A stretch of 64,000 bases of DNA from Eledone cirrhosa (GCA_964016885.1 OZ024742.1:27218001-27282000); one strand, 5' to 3'; numbered from the stretch's first letter, positions 1 through 11,060 are shown. The notes: generated by a model from the letters alone, not told the origin. Numbers and translations: made by a program.

Positions 1-550
1 CATAATTATAATATTTTTATTTGAAAAAATCGGGTTTTTTTAAATTGTGTTTTCCCCTCCAAATATTCGCTTATATTTCTTTATATATTCTCTATATATT
101 TTTTTTATATATATATTTTTTATCTTTATTCTTATTTTCGCTTTTATCCTCCTTTATATTTTACCTTATTCTTACTTTTATACCTTATTATAGTGTAATC
201 TTCCCCATGCCTTATTATACATTATTAATTATAGATTATTATTATTACTCTTTTTCCATTTCTAATTACCTCATGTACTTTCTCCTCCGTTATATATATA
301 GTGTATGCCCTTTGTGTGTGTGTAGCCTCTGCACACCCACTGCACCCTACTATCGACGCCACCCCATCTATGGTTCAGCTAACCACTCGACTCCCGGGAA
401 TGAATATGACCGCAGCTAGTAAACAAGGACCCACACACCACCCTGCCGCACCAAAATTAGACTTATCGCCCCCTACTTTTGCTCTTTACTCTCTTTGTTC
501 TTGAATCTTTGGTTGGTAGAGTCCATGACACCAATCAAACCCCTTTTATA

Positions 551-595
551 GCTCTGACGAATCCTACGGCTACGTAAGGAAGGAACATTGTAAGC
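551..595 (+). ncRNA. Minimal type I hammerhead-like motif, degenerate core
   Basis: gct-CTGACGA-a-tcct..agga-a-GGAAC-att-GTA-agc. Stems I and II pair, but the GAAA box reads GGAA. It lies near the end of a PLE-like 3' region abutting (TA)n at 641. Confidence 0.55.
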
Positions 596-637
596 CAATA
601 AAAATCTTTTGATGTTGTAGACGCTCTTGTGTTCTTA

Positions 638-685
<48 letters not shown>

Positions 686-692
<7 letters not shown>

Positions 693-1766
693 AAGTTAAA
701 TAAAAGTCAAATGATTAAAATTTAGCTTCGTTTATTACTGCTATATATATTTCAGTGACAGCCATCTTTGTATCATACCGATCTATCCAACATATTCTGA
801 CCTTGAGATTGGTTATAGCACACACACACACACACTTTATCCTACATTATTTCTCACTTCTCCATATACATTATCATTACTTTTTCACCAATCTCTCATT
901 TACTCTTTATTCTTTATTCTCTATTTATTTATTTATTTATTTTCAAATTACACAAATTATATTAATTATTTTATTTTATTATATTATTTATTTATCTTCT
1001 GTTTTCTTCATTTATTGCCTTATATTTCTTCATATACATGAAATAACCCCCCCCCCCGCCACCACCACTACGATGGTGGCGGGTGGGATGAAGAGAAAAC
1101 ACAAACTGAATACTTCTAAATTGTTAGCAGCAGCAAGGTATAAGCTGACCACTACAACAACAACAGTACCAAAATAATGGTGGGGGTCAAATGTACTGAA
1201 CAATAGCAGGCATAAACACTACAGGGAGCCTCACCCCAGAAAGAATTCTATAGACTTCTGACTGAGGAATGCTCTCAGAACTGAACAATGGGAAGTTTGA
1301 CACATTTTTTGATATTTTGTTCCTTCAACACCTTGTCCCTTCTACCATTTTATCAATTTTTAAGCTAACTCCAACAATGACAACACTAATAACTGACCAA
1401 TGAGAGGAGAAGGGGACCTGTGACACGAAAATTCGTTTGTTTGAATTCATATGACTCCAGTTCCCCAGTGAATTAACAACCCAGCAAGGAACTGGGCATA
1501 TCAGAGTATTGACAATATCATACACCTAAACAACATATGTACTTGTCTATACCATACTAATTCAAACTGCCTGAAGAGGTCACAGCCAAAGATGGCTGTC
1601 ACTGAAATATATATAGCAGTAATAAACGAAGCTAAATTTTAATCATTTGACTTTTATTTAACTTTATTTTACACTACTCCGGAGTAACCAAACCAACCTG
1701 CGCACTTCGTCGAGTGCTCCAGCCTGCATACTGAGGTGTTGGTATACAACCAACATAAACTCAAAA

Positions 1767-1768
<2 letters not shown>
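686..1768 (+). mobile_element. Non-autonomous PLE-derived element, family 1 (partial inverted pLTR at 5', HHR-bearing pLTR plus tail at 3')
   Basis: 686-770 is the reverse complement of 1587-1671. The tail 1672-1768 matches 53420-53512 and partly 52160-52226. Both ends abut (TA)n. Confidence 0.75.
1566..1620 (+). ncRNA. Minimal type I hammerhead ribozyme
   Basis: actgc-CTGAAGA-ggtcacagcc aaagat ggctgtcact-GAAA-tatat-ATA-gcagt: 5-bp stem I, intact core, AUA triplet. Confidence 0.85.
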
Positions 1769-1794
<26 letters not shown>

Positions 1795-1801
<7 letters not shown>

Positions 1802-2010
1802 ATGCTTTGGGAGGTTGATGTTGCCAATAAGAAACACACGCAAAAGTTGCTTTCACTCCAATTTATCATAAATTTAATTTATAAAAAATTGGAGTGAAAG
1901 CAACTAGTGCGTGTGTTTCTTATTGGCAACATCAACCTCCCAAAGCATAACAATATCGGTTTCAACACACGTTTTCAGATAAAGAATCTTGCTAAAGAAA
2001 TTCAGAAACG

Positions 2011-2013
<3 letters not shown>
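1795..2013 (+). mobile_element. Fold-back pLTR-end micro-element, family B
   Basis: Arms at 1795-~1865 and ~1885-1955 are inverted, followed by a one-sided tail at 1956-2013. The sequence matches the 3' end of the PLE at 7990-9812. Confidence 0.8.
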
Positions 2014-2065
<52 letters not shown>

Positions 2066-2137
2066 TATATATATATTTATAAATATATATAAATATATAT
2101 AACTTTGATAGGTTTCGGCCAGTAATGGACCAGGCCG

Positions 2138-2169
<32 letters not shown>

Positions 2170-2183
2170 TGTAAATATATATG

Positions 2184-2216
<33 letters not shown>

Positions 2217-2416
2217 GTATTATATATATATATATATATTTGTTATAATAATATTGCCAGAAATAACTGATCACACTCATTGTTTGGTTGGTTTTCGCTT
2301 CTGTATCCTTTATATCTCCACAGTTAATTGATTCGGACCTCAATATTTACCATTGACTGACCAACAATCAAAAATACACATATAACATAGATATAAACAC
2401 ATATATTTATCGTCTA

Positions 2417-2457
2417 ACAAAATTCTTTCATTGCACATCTGCAACATCATCAGTTGT
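2417..2457 (-). ncRNA. Minimal hammerhead ribozyme (left arm)
   Basis: Reverse complement: acaa-CTGATGA-t-gttgca gatg tgcaat-GAAA-ga-ATT-ttgt. Confidence 0.65.
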
Positions 2458-2585
2458 ACTATTATGTTCCTCTTGTTGTATTGTATATCCACGCCATTTT
2501 TGTTTTGTCTGTTTATCAGCGAAAAAAATAATAAATAAATAAAAAATGGCATAGACAAACAATACAACAGGAGGAAAATAATAGT

Positions 2586-2627
2586 ACCACTGATGATGTT
2601 GCAGATGTGCAACGAAAGAACTTTGTT
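2586..2627 (+). ncRNA. Minimal hammerhead ribozyme (right arm)
   Basis: ca-CTGATGA-t-gttgca gatg tgcaac-GAAA-gaa-CTT-tg; stem I is weak. Confidence 0.6.
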
Positions 2628-2878
2628 AGACTATATATATGTGTTTATATTTATGTTATATCTGTATGTTTGACCGTTGGTCAGTCAATGGTAAACGTTG
2701 AGGACCGAATGAACTAACTGTGGAGATATAAAGGATACAGAAGCGAAAACCAACCAAACATTGAGTGTGTTCTGTTATTATTTCTGGCATTATTTTTACA
2801 ACATTATGACCCTCCCCAAGTATAACAATATTTGTTTCGACACACGATTTCATATCAAAAACCTCGCAAAACAACTGT

Positions 2879-2912
<34 letters not shown>

Positions 2913-3125
2913 ATATTCCGTTTCTGAATTTGTTTAGCAAGATTCTTTATCTGAAAACGTGTGTTGAAACCGATATTGTTATACTTTGGGAGGGTCATGT
3001 TGCCAATAAGAAACACACGCACCAGTAGTTTCACTTCAATTTATTATAATAAATTTATAAATTTAGCAATTTATAAATTTCCGGTTGGTTGGTTGGTTCC
3101 ACAACCACATGGTTGTTTATATATT

Positions 3126-3168
3126 GTCAAAGCTTTTTCGTCACACATGTTGTGACCTCTTCAGTGAC
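3126..3168 (-). ncRNA. Minimal type I hammerhead ribozyme
   Basis: Reverse complement: gtca-CTGAAGA-g-gtcaca acatg tgtgac-GAAA-aag-CTT-tgac. Confidence 0.75.
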
Positions 3169-3264
3169 TGGGGGTTCTTTTCTTTGTTTTTTGGGCCCCT
3201 CCTTTGTTCTGTCCTACGCCATCTTGTTTTTGTGTGTCACACAAAACAAAGAAAAGAACCCCCA

Positions 3265-3307
3265 GTCACTGAAGAGGTCACAGAATGTGTGACGAAAGAA
3301 CTTTGAC
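3265..3307 (+). ncRNA. Minimal type I hammerhead ribozyme
   Basis: gtca-CTGAAGA-g-gtcaca gaatg tgtgac-GAAA-gaa-CTT-tgac. Confidence 0.8.
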
Positions 3308-3469
3308 AATATATAAACAACCATCTGGTGGTTGAACCAACCAACCAACCGGAAATTTATAAATTCCTAACTTTATAAATTTATTATAATGAATTGAAGT
3401 GAAATCAACTGGCGAGTGTGTTTCTTATCGACAACATGACCCTCCCAAAGTATAACAATATATATATAA

Positions 3470-3513
<44 letters not shown>

Positions 3514-3570
3514 GTATATTTATTTGTGTATATATCTATATATAAATGTATGTATACATATATATACATA

Positions 3571-3625
<55 letters not shown>

Positions 3626-3722
3626 ATTAAAATACTGGAGCGTGTTGGAGTTAAACACCCTCTTCGTATTATAGAAATGACAGTAAAAGGTATAGCTCAA
3701 TGTAATTAAACAGAGCCGAAGA

Positions 3723-3855
3723 ATTATGAAAGTAAAACAAAGAAGCCTTCAATACATCAAAAGTCTTTATTAGCCAACAATGGTTCGTCCTATTAAGGAT
3801 GAGTCCTTAATAGGACGAAACATTGTTGGCTAATAAAGACTTTTGTTTTACTTTC

Positions 3856-3860
<5 letters not shown>
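3723..3860. mobile_element. Fold-back micro-element with its apex inside an HHR core
   Basis: Near-perfect palindrome at 3758-3845. The right arm reads GATGA-gtcct taat aggac-GAAA-catt-GTT-ggc, an HHR lacking the initial CT and the 5' strand of stem I. Confidence 0.7.
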
Positions 3861-3932
<72 letters not shown>

Positions 3933-4086
3933 ATATATATGTATATGTGTATATATACAAATATATATGTATTTATATATATGTATATATGTATATATAC
4001 AAATATATATGTATGTATATATATATCTATATATGTATATATACATGTATGTATATATATGTATATGTATATATGTATATATACAA

Positions 4087-4117
<31 letters not shown>

Positions 4118-4273
4118 TAAATATGTATGTACATATATATAAATGTATATATATGTATATATATATATATATATGTAGATATATATGTATGTACATATAT
4201 ATATATGTATATATATATATGTATATATATATGTATATATGTATATATATATATATATGTAGATGTATATGTA

Positions 4274-4343
<70 letters not shown>
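3858..4343. repeat. (TA)n / (TATG)n microsatellite
   Basis: Seen directly; one of dozens of such tracts across the window. Confidence 0.95.
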
Positions 4344-4345
<2 letters not shown>

Positions 4346-4856
4346 CACAAACACTGCAAACACTAATCACAGGAATATAGAAATGCAATACTGCTGTGCT
4401 GTAACATGGCTGCCAGATAAAAATGTTCTAAGCATTTAAAGAAGCAAGAGATTATCATAAATATCTGTATATAAGTTATGTTCCTTTAAAATAAGAGTAA
4501 ACAGGGAATCAGTATTACAGGCAGAAGTGTTCGTGCGGATAATTCTACAGTAAAACAACGTTAGTATCTCTAATGAAGGACTTTACTCAAAACATTTTAT
4601 ATTTTCTTTCTTCAATAAGCAGCAGGCATAATATTTATTTACATTTTACGCAATATTGCCACTTGCGGATACAGACTACCATTTATCACTCCAAATTATA
4701 ATGTTTCTACACATATACTTCATTGGAATAGGCAAATAAAGATTTCAACTGGCTCTAATAGCATGGTTGTATTTTTTACTTTGCTGAAAATACAAAACAT
4801 GAATAAATGCAAACATATGAACACACACACACAACACATACACACACACACACAGC

Positions 4857-4924
<68 letters not shown>

Positions 4925-4950
4925 CATATATATAAATATATATACATATA

Positions 4951-5011
<61 letters not shown>

Positions 5012-5959
5012 GTTTGTGTACTTACGAAAGAAAATACCTCACAAAGACACACACACACGTCTATATTTATGTATGTGTGTGTGTGTCTGTGTGTCAGAGA
5101 GAGAGAGGGGGGGATAGAAAGAGATAGATAGATAATGTAGAGGTTTGCTGGAAGCATGTGAAAAGTGGATATATTTAAAGAGCCGTACCATGCAAGTGGG
5201 TAATAATTACTAAGTGAACATGTCGAAAAAGAAGAGTGAAGTGAAAGGCAAAAAAATGGGAAAAAAAGGGAAAAAATAACTGAATATTACCATAGTAATC
5301 TATTAGTCCGAAAAGGTTTCAAATTTACTATCACGGAAAACTTTTAGGGGAAATCAGTGATTGACATTCTGGTCACTATATTGTCTTTAATTTCGGTGGT
5401 TAGGGTTAAACATACGTGTAAATATACGTGTTGGGCTGGCTGGACATGTATATACGAATGTGTGTGTATATGTAAAGACGTGTATATGATATATGTGGCT
5501 GTACACAAATGTAACGCATGGTGTATGTATATATGTAAATATAAGTGTATATGTGTAAATATATGTGTATATGTGTAAATATATGTGTATATGTGTAAAC
5601 ATGTAGATGCGTATGTAAGTGTGTAAAGGCTTATGTATGTATGTGCGTAAATGTATCTGTAGTTTTGCAAATATGTTAATATCAGTGTAAATATGCAGAA
5701 TGGATATAATAAAACTTTATAGCTAATACAGGGATTGTTTTGAAACTTAAGGTAACGATAGACTATGCCGAGAACTCATTAATATTTCAGCTCGGTTGAT
5801 AACAGAGTAATCTTTTTCTCTTTTTCTTCATTCCTTCTACGAAAACACTTGACAATATATTTATATATCGATAGACTTTCGTCAAATCCGATCGAGGAAA
5901 CAATGTTTTCGTCGGTCTTTCCAGTTGGTAGTATTATCTATCGGTCGTAACTCTAGGTA

Positions 5960-6078
5960 GAAGGAGCAACGTGAAACAAAGTGGCTTGCTCAAGGACATA
6001 ACGCATCACCCGGTCCAGGAATCGAACTCAAAAAATTGTGAATTCAATTCTGTAACCACTCAGCCACACGACTTCACT
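5960..6078 (-). mobile_element. tRNA-derived CORE-type SINE fragment
   Basis: The reverse complement has an A box (tggctgagtgg), a B box (gagttcgattcc) and a CORE-like tgtccttgagcaagccactt. Confidence 0.7.
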
Positions 6079-6079
6079 A

Positions 6080-6154
<75 letters not shown>

Positions 6155-6205
6155 TAATAAAATAATGAATAAACAAAGAAGCAGTTCCTTATATTAAAAA
6201 AATTC

Positions 6206-6343
6206 ATCATTTTACGATCGTTTCTAGGATATATATGTGTTAGAGTTGGTATGCATATTCTATAGATCTATGTACAATATTTATACAAACTATCAGAGGG
6301 AATATACATACCTACACATATATATGCTGTCTTCAGAAATAAT
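6206..6343 (-). ncRNA. Type I hammerhead ribozyme with a long stem II insertion
   Basis: Reverse complement: attattt-CTGAAGA-cagcatatatatgtgt...acacatatatatccta-GAAA-c-GATC-G-TA-aaatgat: 7-bp stem I and a palindromic GAUC loop III. Confidence 0.7.
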
Positions 6344-7349
6344 GATATTTGTTTATTAAAAAAAAAAAAAAATTCAATACAATAGGTCTGTTTGGGAACA
6401 GGTTTTGAATTGACCAATAGAGAGATAGTGAGGGTCAAGATAGTAATATAGTAGTAGAAGAACCTTAAATTATGGGTAGAGGAAGGTAGATTTCAGTTTT
6501 GGATGGAAAAGAATATTATGAATGAAGGATTATTTTAGGGAAGAAAATAGGTCGTATGCTGACCTCAGAAATAATTTTATTTGTTCATTGAATAAAACCA
6601 ACAAAGATCTAATATATTCTGTCTGTTTGGTAAGAGGTTTAGAATTAACCAATTGAAAGTTAATAATTGGCCAAATGGTAAAATAGTAGTAAGCTTATTT
6701 TAAGGGTGAAAATAGGTCAGGTCAGTAAAGGTATACAAGCAGTTGCTGTTATAAAATAGTAATGCCAATGCAAATATCTAAGGAGACTAAAGTTTTACGA
6801 TAAGAGTGTTAGTGAAAAAAATACATCTATGAAAAGAATATAAGTTAATTTAATTGATGGGTATATTTATATTGATAAAATTATACTAATACATATAGAT
6901 ATGATAAATAAGAGTTAGATGCAGTTGAAAAGTGGTGTTAAAGATGAGGGGAAATTAAAAGAATATAAAAATAATATATATATATATATATACACATACA
7001 CACACACATATACACACATATATATATATACATACACATATATATATATATACACGCATATATACATACATACATATATACACACACAAACACACTTACA
7101 TATACATGTAATTATTGGGGGGGGGGGGTTAAATTTATTAGTGAGAAATAATAAATATATATAGATTTCAAGGAACATAGAGTCATAACCTGAAGTTAAA
7201 GTATTATATATGTTTTCTTAATGGTATCAGTTTTAGGAAATGATAGTTGTAAGAAGGAAAGTAAAATTATGTACTTCATCAGTAGTAGAGTATTAATTAT
7301 AGGTTAACTGAATTAAAAACAGTTTATATATTAATTTCTAAAGTGTATA

Positions 7350-7990
7350 TTAATTAGGTTTATAATATTTAAAGGTTTTTCTCAGTTTATGATTACACGA
7401 TATTATTAATTCCTGTCGCTTATTTAATAGGATATCCTTAGATTTCATTATTTCAAAATGTTCTTGGGAACATAATCTACATTCATATCTACTATTTTGA
7501 TAAAGGGTGGCCCTTTTCAGCACACTCCAGGTCAGGTCATAATCTATATTCCTCTTTCTATAACTATTAATTATTTCAGCTAGAGATGTTGTATTAGCTA
7601 GTTCGGCATTTTTAAAACTATGTTTGTGGGTATTAAATCTTACCTTAAATTTGTTAGAGGTAGCTCCTATATATGAATAAGTTGAGTCCTTAGTGTTAAC
7701 TTTACATCTATATACTATGTTATTAACAAGGCAATTTCCTTTTAATGGACAGTTTGCCGAGTTTCTACAGTTACAACATTTCGTGAATCCTGTATCTGAG
7801 GAGATATTATGGTTAGTTTGATGTACTGGAGGTATACTCATGGTTTTTTTACATTTATATGCATTATCGGCACTTATATTTTGTTTTATGTTTTTGGTTG
7901 TTGAGTAGAAGAATTTAACCGTTGATCTATTTAAAATTTGATGGTATTTGTGGTTTGGCGGGAAGTTTTTCTCTAGGATATTAAAGAATT
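7350..7990 (-). pseudogene. PLE linker plus GIY-YIG endonuclease (C-terminal part)
   Basis: CNCRNSANCPLKGNC linker, IVYRC...YIGAT...FKVRFNTH, C-terminal CRLC and SCNH; colinear with the ORF at 23379-24722. ORF residues upstream of ~7990 come from the opposite-strand element. Confidence 0.85.
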
Positions 7991-8280
7991 GGCCTAGAAA
8001 ACCCACACAGATAGATGGAACGGGTGGACCAGAGCCATACGGACACCCGAAAACCACGATGAACTGAAGAAAATGATTGCACATGCGGTAGGGGCCAGCA
8101 TAAACTAACCCTTAAGGAACATATGTTCAAATTTAATGGAAAAACATATGCCCAAGAGGAAGGAGCAGCCATTGGTGTTAGCATTGCAGGCAACATAGCT
8201 AACTTATTCATTTTATGGTGGGACAGTAGACTTAAACTTAAACTTAAAGAACAATTAGAAGCCCCCTTAACCCGTACTCC

Positions 8281-9414
8281 CGCTACGTTGATGATATAAA
8301 CATCGTAGTTAAGACACCCACTCTAGAGAACAGTCAAGAACTAGAGAAAAACACAATGGAAAGCATCCAGCAAATAGCAAACTCCATCCACCAGAGCATT
8401 AGAGTTACTATAGACTACCCAAGTAAACACCCCAACCATCGATTACCTGTACTAGACACAGAGCTCTGGTTAGATACCATTAACAACAAAAAACAAATCC
8501 TCCATTCCCATTATGCCAAACCCATGACTTCCAAACATCTGTTCCACCGAAACTCGGCCGTTTCGGACCATACCAAAATCAACATACTGATTGCGGATTT
8601 GGTACGGGTGATGAGAAACGTGTCCCGCATGTGCAACCCCGAAGAACTAGAGAGACACATACAACACTTCATCCACCGTATGCAGTTCTCTGGCTACAAT
8701 CAGAGAGATAAAATCAGAGTGTATAGAGGAGCCAGAACCAAATGGGAAAAAATGGTAAATAATGATATCAATGGGACCTGCCCCTTGCATAGGAGCAAAT
8801 TTTGGAATAGAATAGAAAGAACTAGGAACAAGGCTAATAGAATAAACTCATGGTATGATAGCAATAAATACCAGAGTGTAATGTTCATCGATACAACCCC
8901 TACAGGGGAATTAGCTTACAAATTTAGAAGGGCCCTAAACAAACATAAACTCAATATTAAGATAGTAGAAAGACCAGGTACCTCCGTAAAAACACTTATT
9001 AGCAAGACATACCCTTTTCAAAGACCCTCATGTATAGATAAGAAATGTATAACCTGTAAAATAAGCCCCCATATTAACTGCAAAACTAGAAATGTAGTGT
9101 ATAGCATAAGATGTACTGAAGGACCATGTAGAGACAAAAATATAGTGTACATAGGTGAGACAGCTCGTAGTGTAGGAGAACGGATAAATGAACACTGGCG
9201 AGACCTTCAAGATAGTAAAGAATCATCTGTACTCTACCAACATGCTAAAATAGTACACAAGGGTAAATTAGAGAACATAGAAATAAAAATAGAATCTACA
9301 CACAGAAAATACCCAATATTTAGACAAATTACAGAGGCAATAAACATAAAAGAATTACAACCAAAATTAAATAGAAAATATGAGTGGAACAGCAACATCA
9401 CAACTTACAATTAA
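8281..9414 (+). CDS. PLE reverse transcriptase C-terminus plus GIY-YIG endonuclease (truncated, frameshifted upstream)
   Basis: RYVDDI, LPVLD, HYAKPM, CxxxxCxxC linker, VVYSIRC...C...YIGETARSVGERINEH...H CCHH pattern, EAINI..LN. Confidence 0.9.
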   Translation, partial: RYVDDINIVVKTPTLENSQELEKNTMESIQQIANSIHQSIRVTIDYPSKHPNHRLPVLDTELWLDTINNKKQILHSHYAKPMTSKHLFHRNSAVSDHTKINILIADLVRVMRNVSRMCNPEELERHIQHFIHRMQFSGYNQRDKIRVYRGARTKWEKMVNNDINGTCPLHRSKFWNRIERTRNKANRINSWYDSNKYQSVMFIDTTPTGELAYKFRRALNKHKLNIKIVERPGTSVKTLISKTYPFQRPSCIDKKCITCKISPHINCKTRNVVYSIRCTEGPCRDKNIVYIGETARSVGERINEHWRDLQDSKESSVLYQHAKIVHKGKLENIEIKIESTHRKYPIFRQITEAINIKELQPKLNRKYEWNSNITTYN

Positions 9415-9613
9415 GGACAAAATGAAAACACACACACACAGAACAAACAACCAACCAGTAACATGTAAATAAACAAATAAATAAATGAACATAAACACAC
9501 ACAGACACCCGGATATGGCGCATGCGCAGACTGAGCACACAACACACACACAGAAACAAAATGGCGTAGGACAGAACAAAGGAGAGGCACAGAAACAAAG
9601 AAAGGAATCCCCA

Positions 9614-9656
9614 GTCACTGAAGAGGTCACAGAGTGTGTGACGAAAGAACTATGAC
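9614..9656 (+). ncRNA. Minimal type I hammerhead ribozyme in the pLTR of PLE B
   Basis: gtca-CTGAAGA-g-gtcaca gagtg tgtgac-GAAA-gaa-CTA-tgac. Confidence 0.85.
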
Positions 9657-9833
9657 AATATATAAACATCTATCTGGTTGTGGAACCAACCAACCAACCA
9701 GAAATTTATAAGTTTATAAATTTATTATAAATTTATTATAATAAATTGAAGTGAAAGCAACTGGTGTGTGTGTTTCTTATTGGCAACATGACCCTCCCAA
9801 AGTATAACAATATATATATACATATAAGTATAT

Positions 9834-9920
<87 letters not shown>

Positions 9921-9934
9921 TATATATATATAAA

Positions 9935-10320
9935 AACAAATAACGAAACGAAATTAAATTTCATTTCGTTTGTAACTCACTTTTGTATGACTGACGCTTA
10001 AACAATTAAGTTAAAAATGTACATCCACATATGTATACTGAAATACTAGTATGCATATGAATACACACACGTGTACATAAATAGATGTACCGAGTTTTTC
10101 ACTGGACACTTTACTGTGAGTGTCCAGCTATTCTGTATGTAAACACACAGACAAACCGGTTTTTAGAGTCATACTGTGTGTTTACATACAGAATAGCTGG
10201 ACACTCACAGTAAAGTGTCCAGTGAAAAACTCGGTACATCTACATATGTACACGTGTGTGTATTCATATGCATACTAGTATTTCAGTATACATATGTGGA
10301 TGTACATTTTTAACTTAATT
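9935..10320 (-). mobile_element. Fold-back micro-element (about 147-bp arms, one-sided tail)
   Basis: 10004-10150 is inverted against 10174-10320, with extra sequence on the left only. Each arm has an internal hairpin ctggacact..agtgtccag. Confidence 0.75.
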
Positions 10321-10394
10321 ATATATATATACGTATATATAAATATATATATATATATACATATATATAAATACATATATATATTTATATATAC

Positions 10395-10439
<45 letters not shown>

Positions 10440-10456
10440 CATATATACATATATAC

Positions 10457-10515
<59 letters not shown>

Positions 10516-10516
<1 letters not shown>

Positions 10517-11060
10517 GTTATTCCGGGTTGAATCGGAGGTAACCACAGTAAGTAAGGTACTCAATACATAGCAGAGTATAAAAGTTTTAATATAGATGAG
10601 ATTCTACAGGACTAGAACTGTTTCATTCATTAGAAATCATCAGGAATCTGGGTATCAAAAAATAAAAATGGTATTTATAGGTCTCTACAAGTGGTAGGAG
10701 AGGTTGGGGAGTGGGATGGGTGCAGGTCATTGGTTGATAGAAAAGGGAATTCATTAAAAGCTAATTCTACAAAGCTATAGTTTATTTTTATTTATTTATG
10801 TTTTTAGAGTAACAAGGGCAGACAGAATTCTATAAACAGGTTCCGGATGGCATACCATTCCTTGTCATTAAGTTTCTCTTAAGCTAACAGATGTCTATAA
10901 AATCAGTGGGGGGTCAGTCATGGTCGATGGAATTAAAGAAAAGGGAGATTCTTTAAAAGCTAAAATCATTAAGGTTCTACTAAGTGACAAAGGTCTAGAG
11001 AATTCTGCAGACAGATTCAAAATACTGAGTGCATATCTTACTATTATCTTCGAACTTCTC
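10516..11060 (-). mobile_element. Non-coding PLE-like 3' region, family D
   Basis: The first ~80 bp are near-identical to 40808-40890; it carries an HHR and an imperfect internal ~180-bp duplication. Confidence 0.7.
10599..10649 (-). ncRNA. Type I hammerhead ribozyme
   Basis: Reverse complement: agattc-CTGATGA-t-ttc taat gaa-t-GAAA-cag ttctagtc ctG-TA-gaatct. Confidence 0.8.

Larger units (their letters stand above)
2240..2877 (+). mobile_element. Fold-back PLE-derived element with an HHR on each arm
   Basis: Diverged inverted arms at about 2240-2485 and 2560-2802. The 3' module resembles the family B terminus. A further fragment lies at about 42968-43100. Confidence 0.75.
2916..3460 (-). 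mobile_element. Fold-back family B pLTR element with an HHR on each strand
   Basis: Inverted arms at 2974-~3191 and ~3244-3460; tail 2916-2973 on the left only; flanked by (TA)n. Confidence 0.85.
6150..7990 (-). mobile_element. 5'-truncated Penelope-like element A, Hydra-like clade
   Basis: Minus-strand GIY-YIG ORF followed by a long 3' region ending in an HHR-bearing segment at (TA)n. The terminal segment has an inverted relative at about 25690-25830. Linkage of the whole span into one element is inferred. Confidence 0.75.
7990..9812 (+). mobile_element. 5'-truncated Penelope-like element B (RT, GIY-YIG, pLTR)
   Basis: RT remnants (FKFNGKTYAQEEGAAIG; YVDD at 8284-8295 in frame with the 8356 ORF), thumb, endonuclease, then an HHR-bearing pLTR ending in (TA)n. 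Confidence 0.9.

Noticed and set aside
3807-4388. Long YI/CV/HT-rich ORFs here and throughout the window
   Set aside because: They are translations of stop-free dinucleotide microsatellites, not genes.
4568-4600. ctaatgaaggactttactcaaaac as an HHR
   Set aside because: Both core boxes and stem II are disrupted; at best a relic.
7991-8084. N-terminus of the 244-aa minus-strand ORF
   Set aside because: It is the antisense of PLE B read across the junction, not part of element A.
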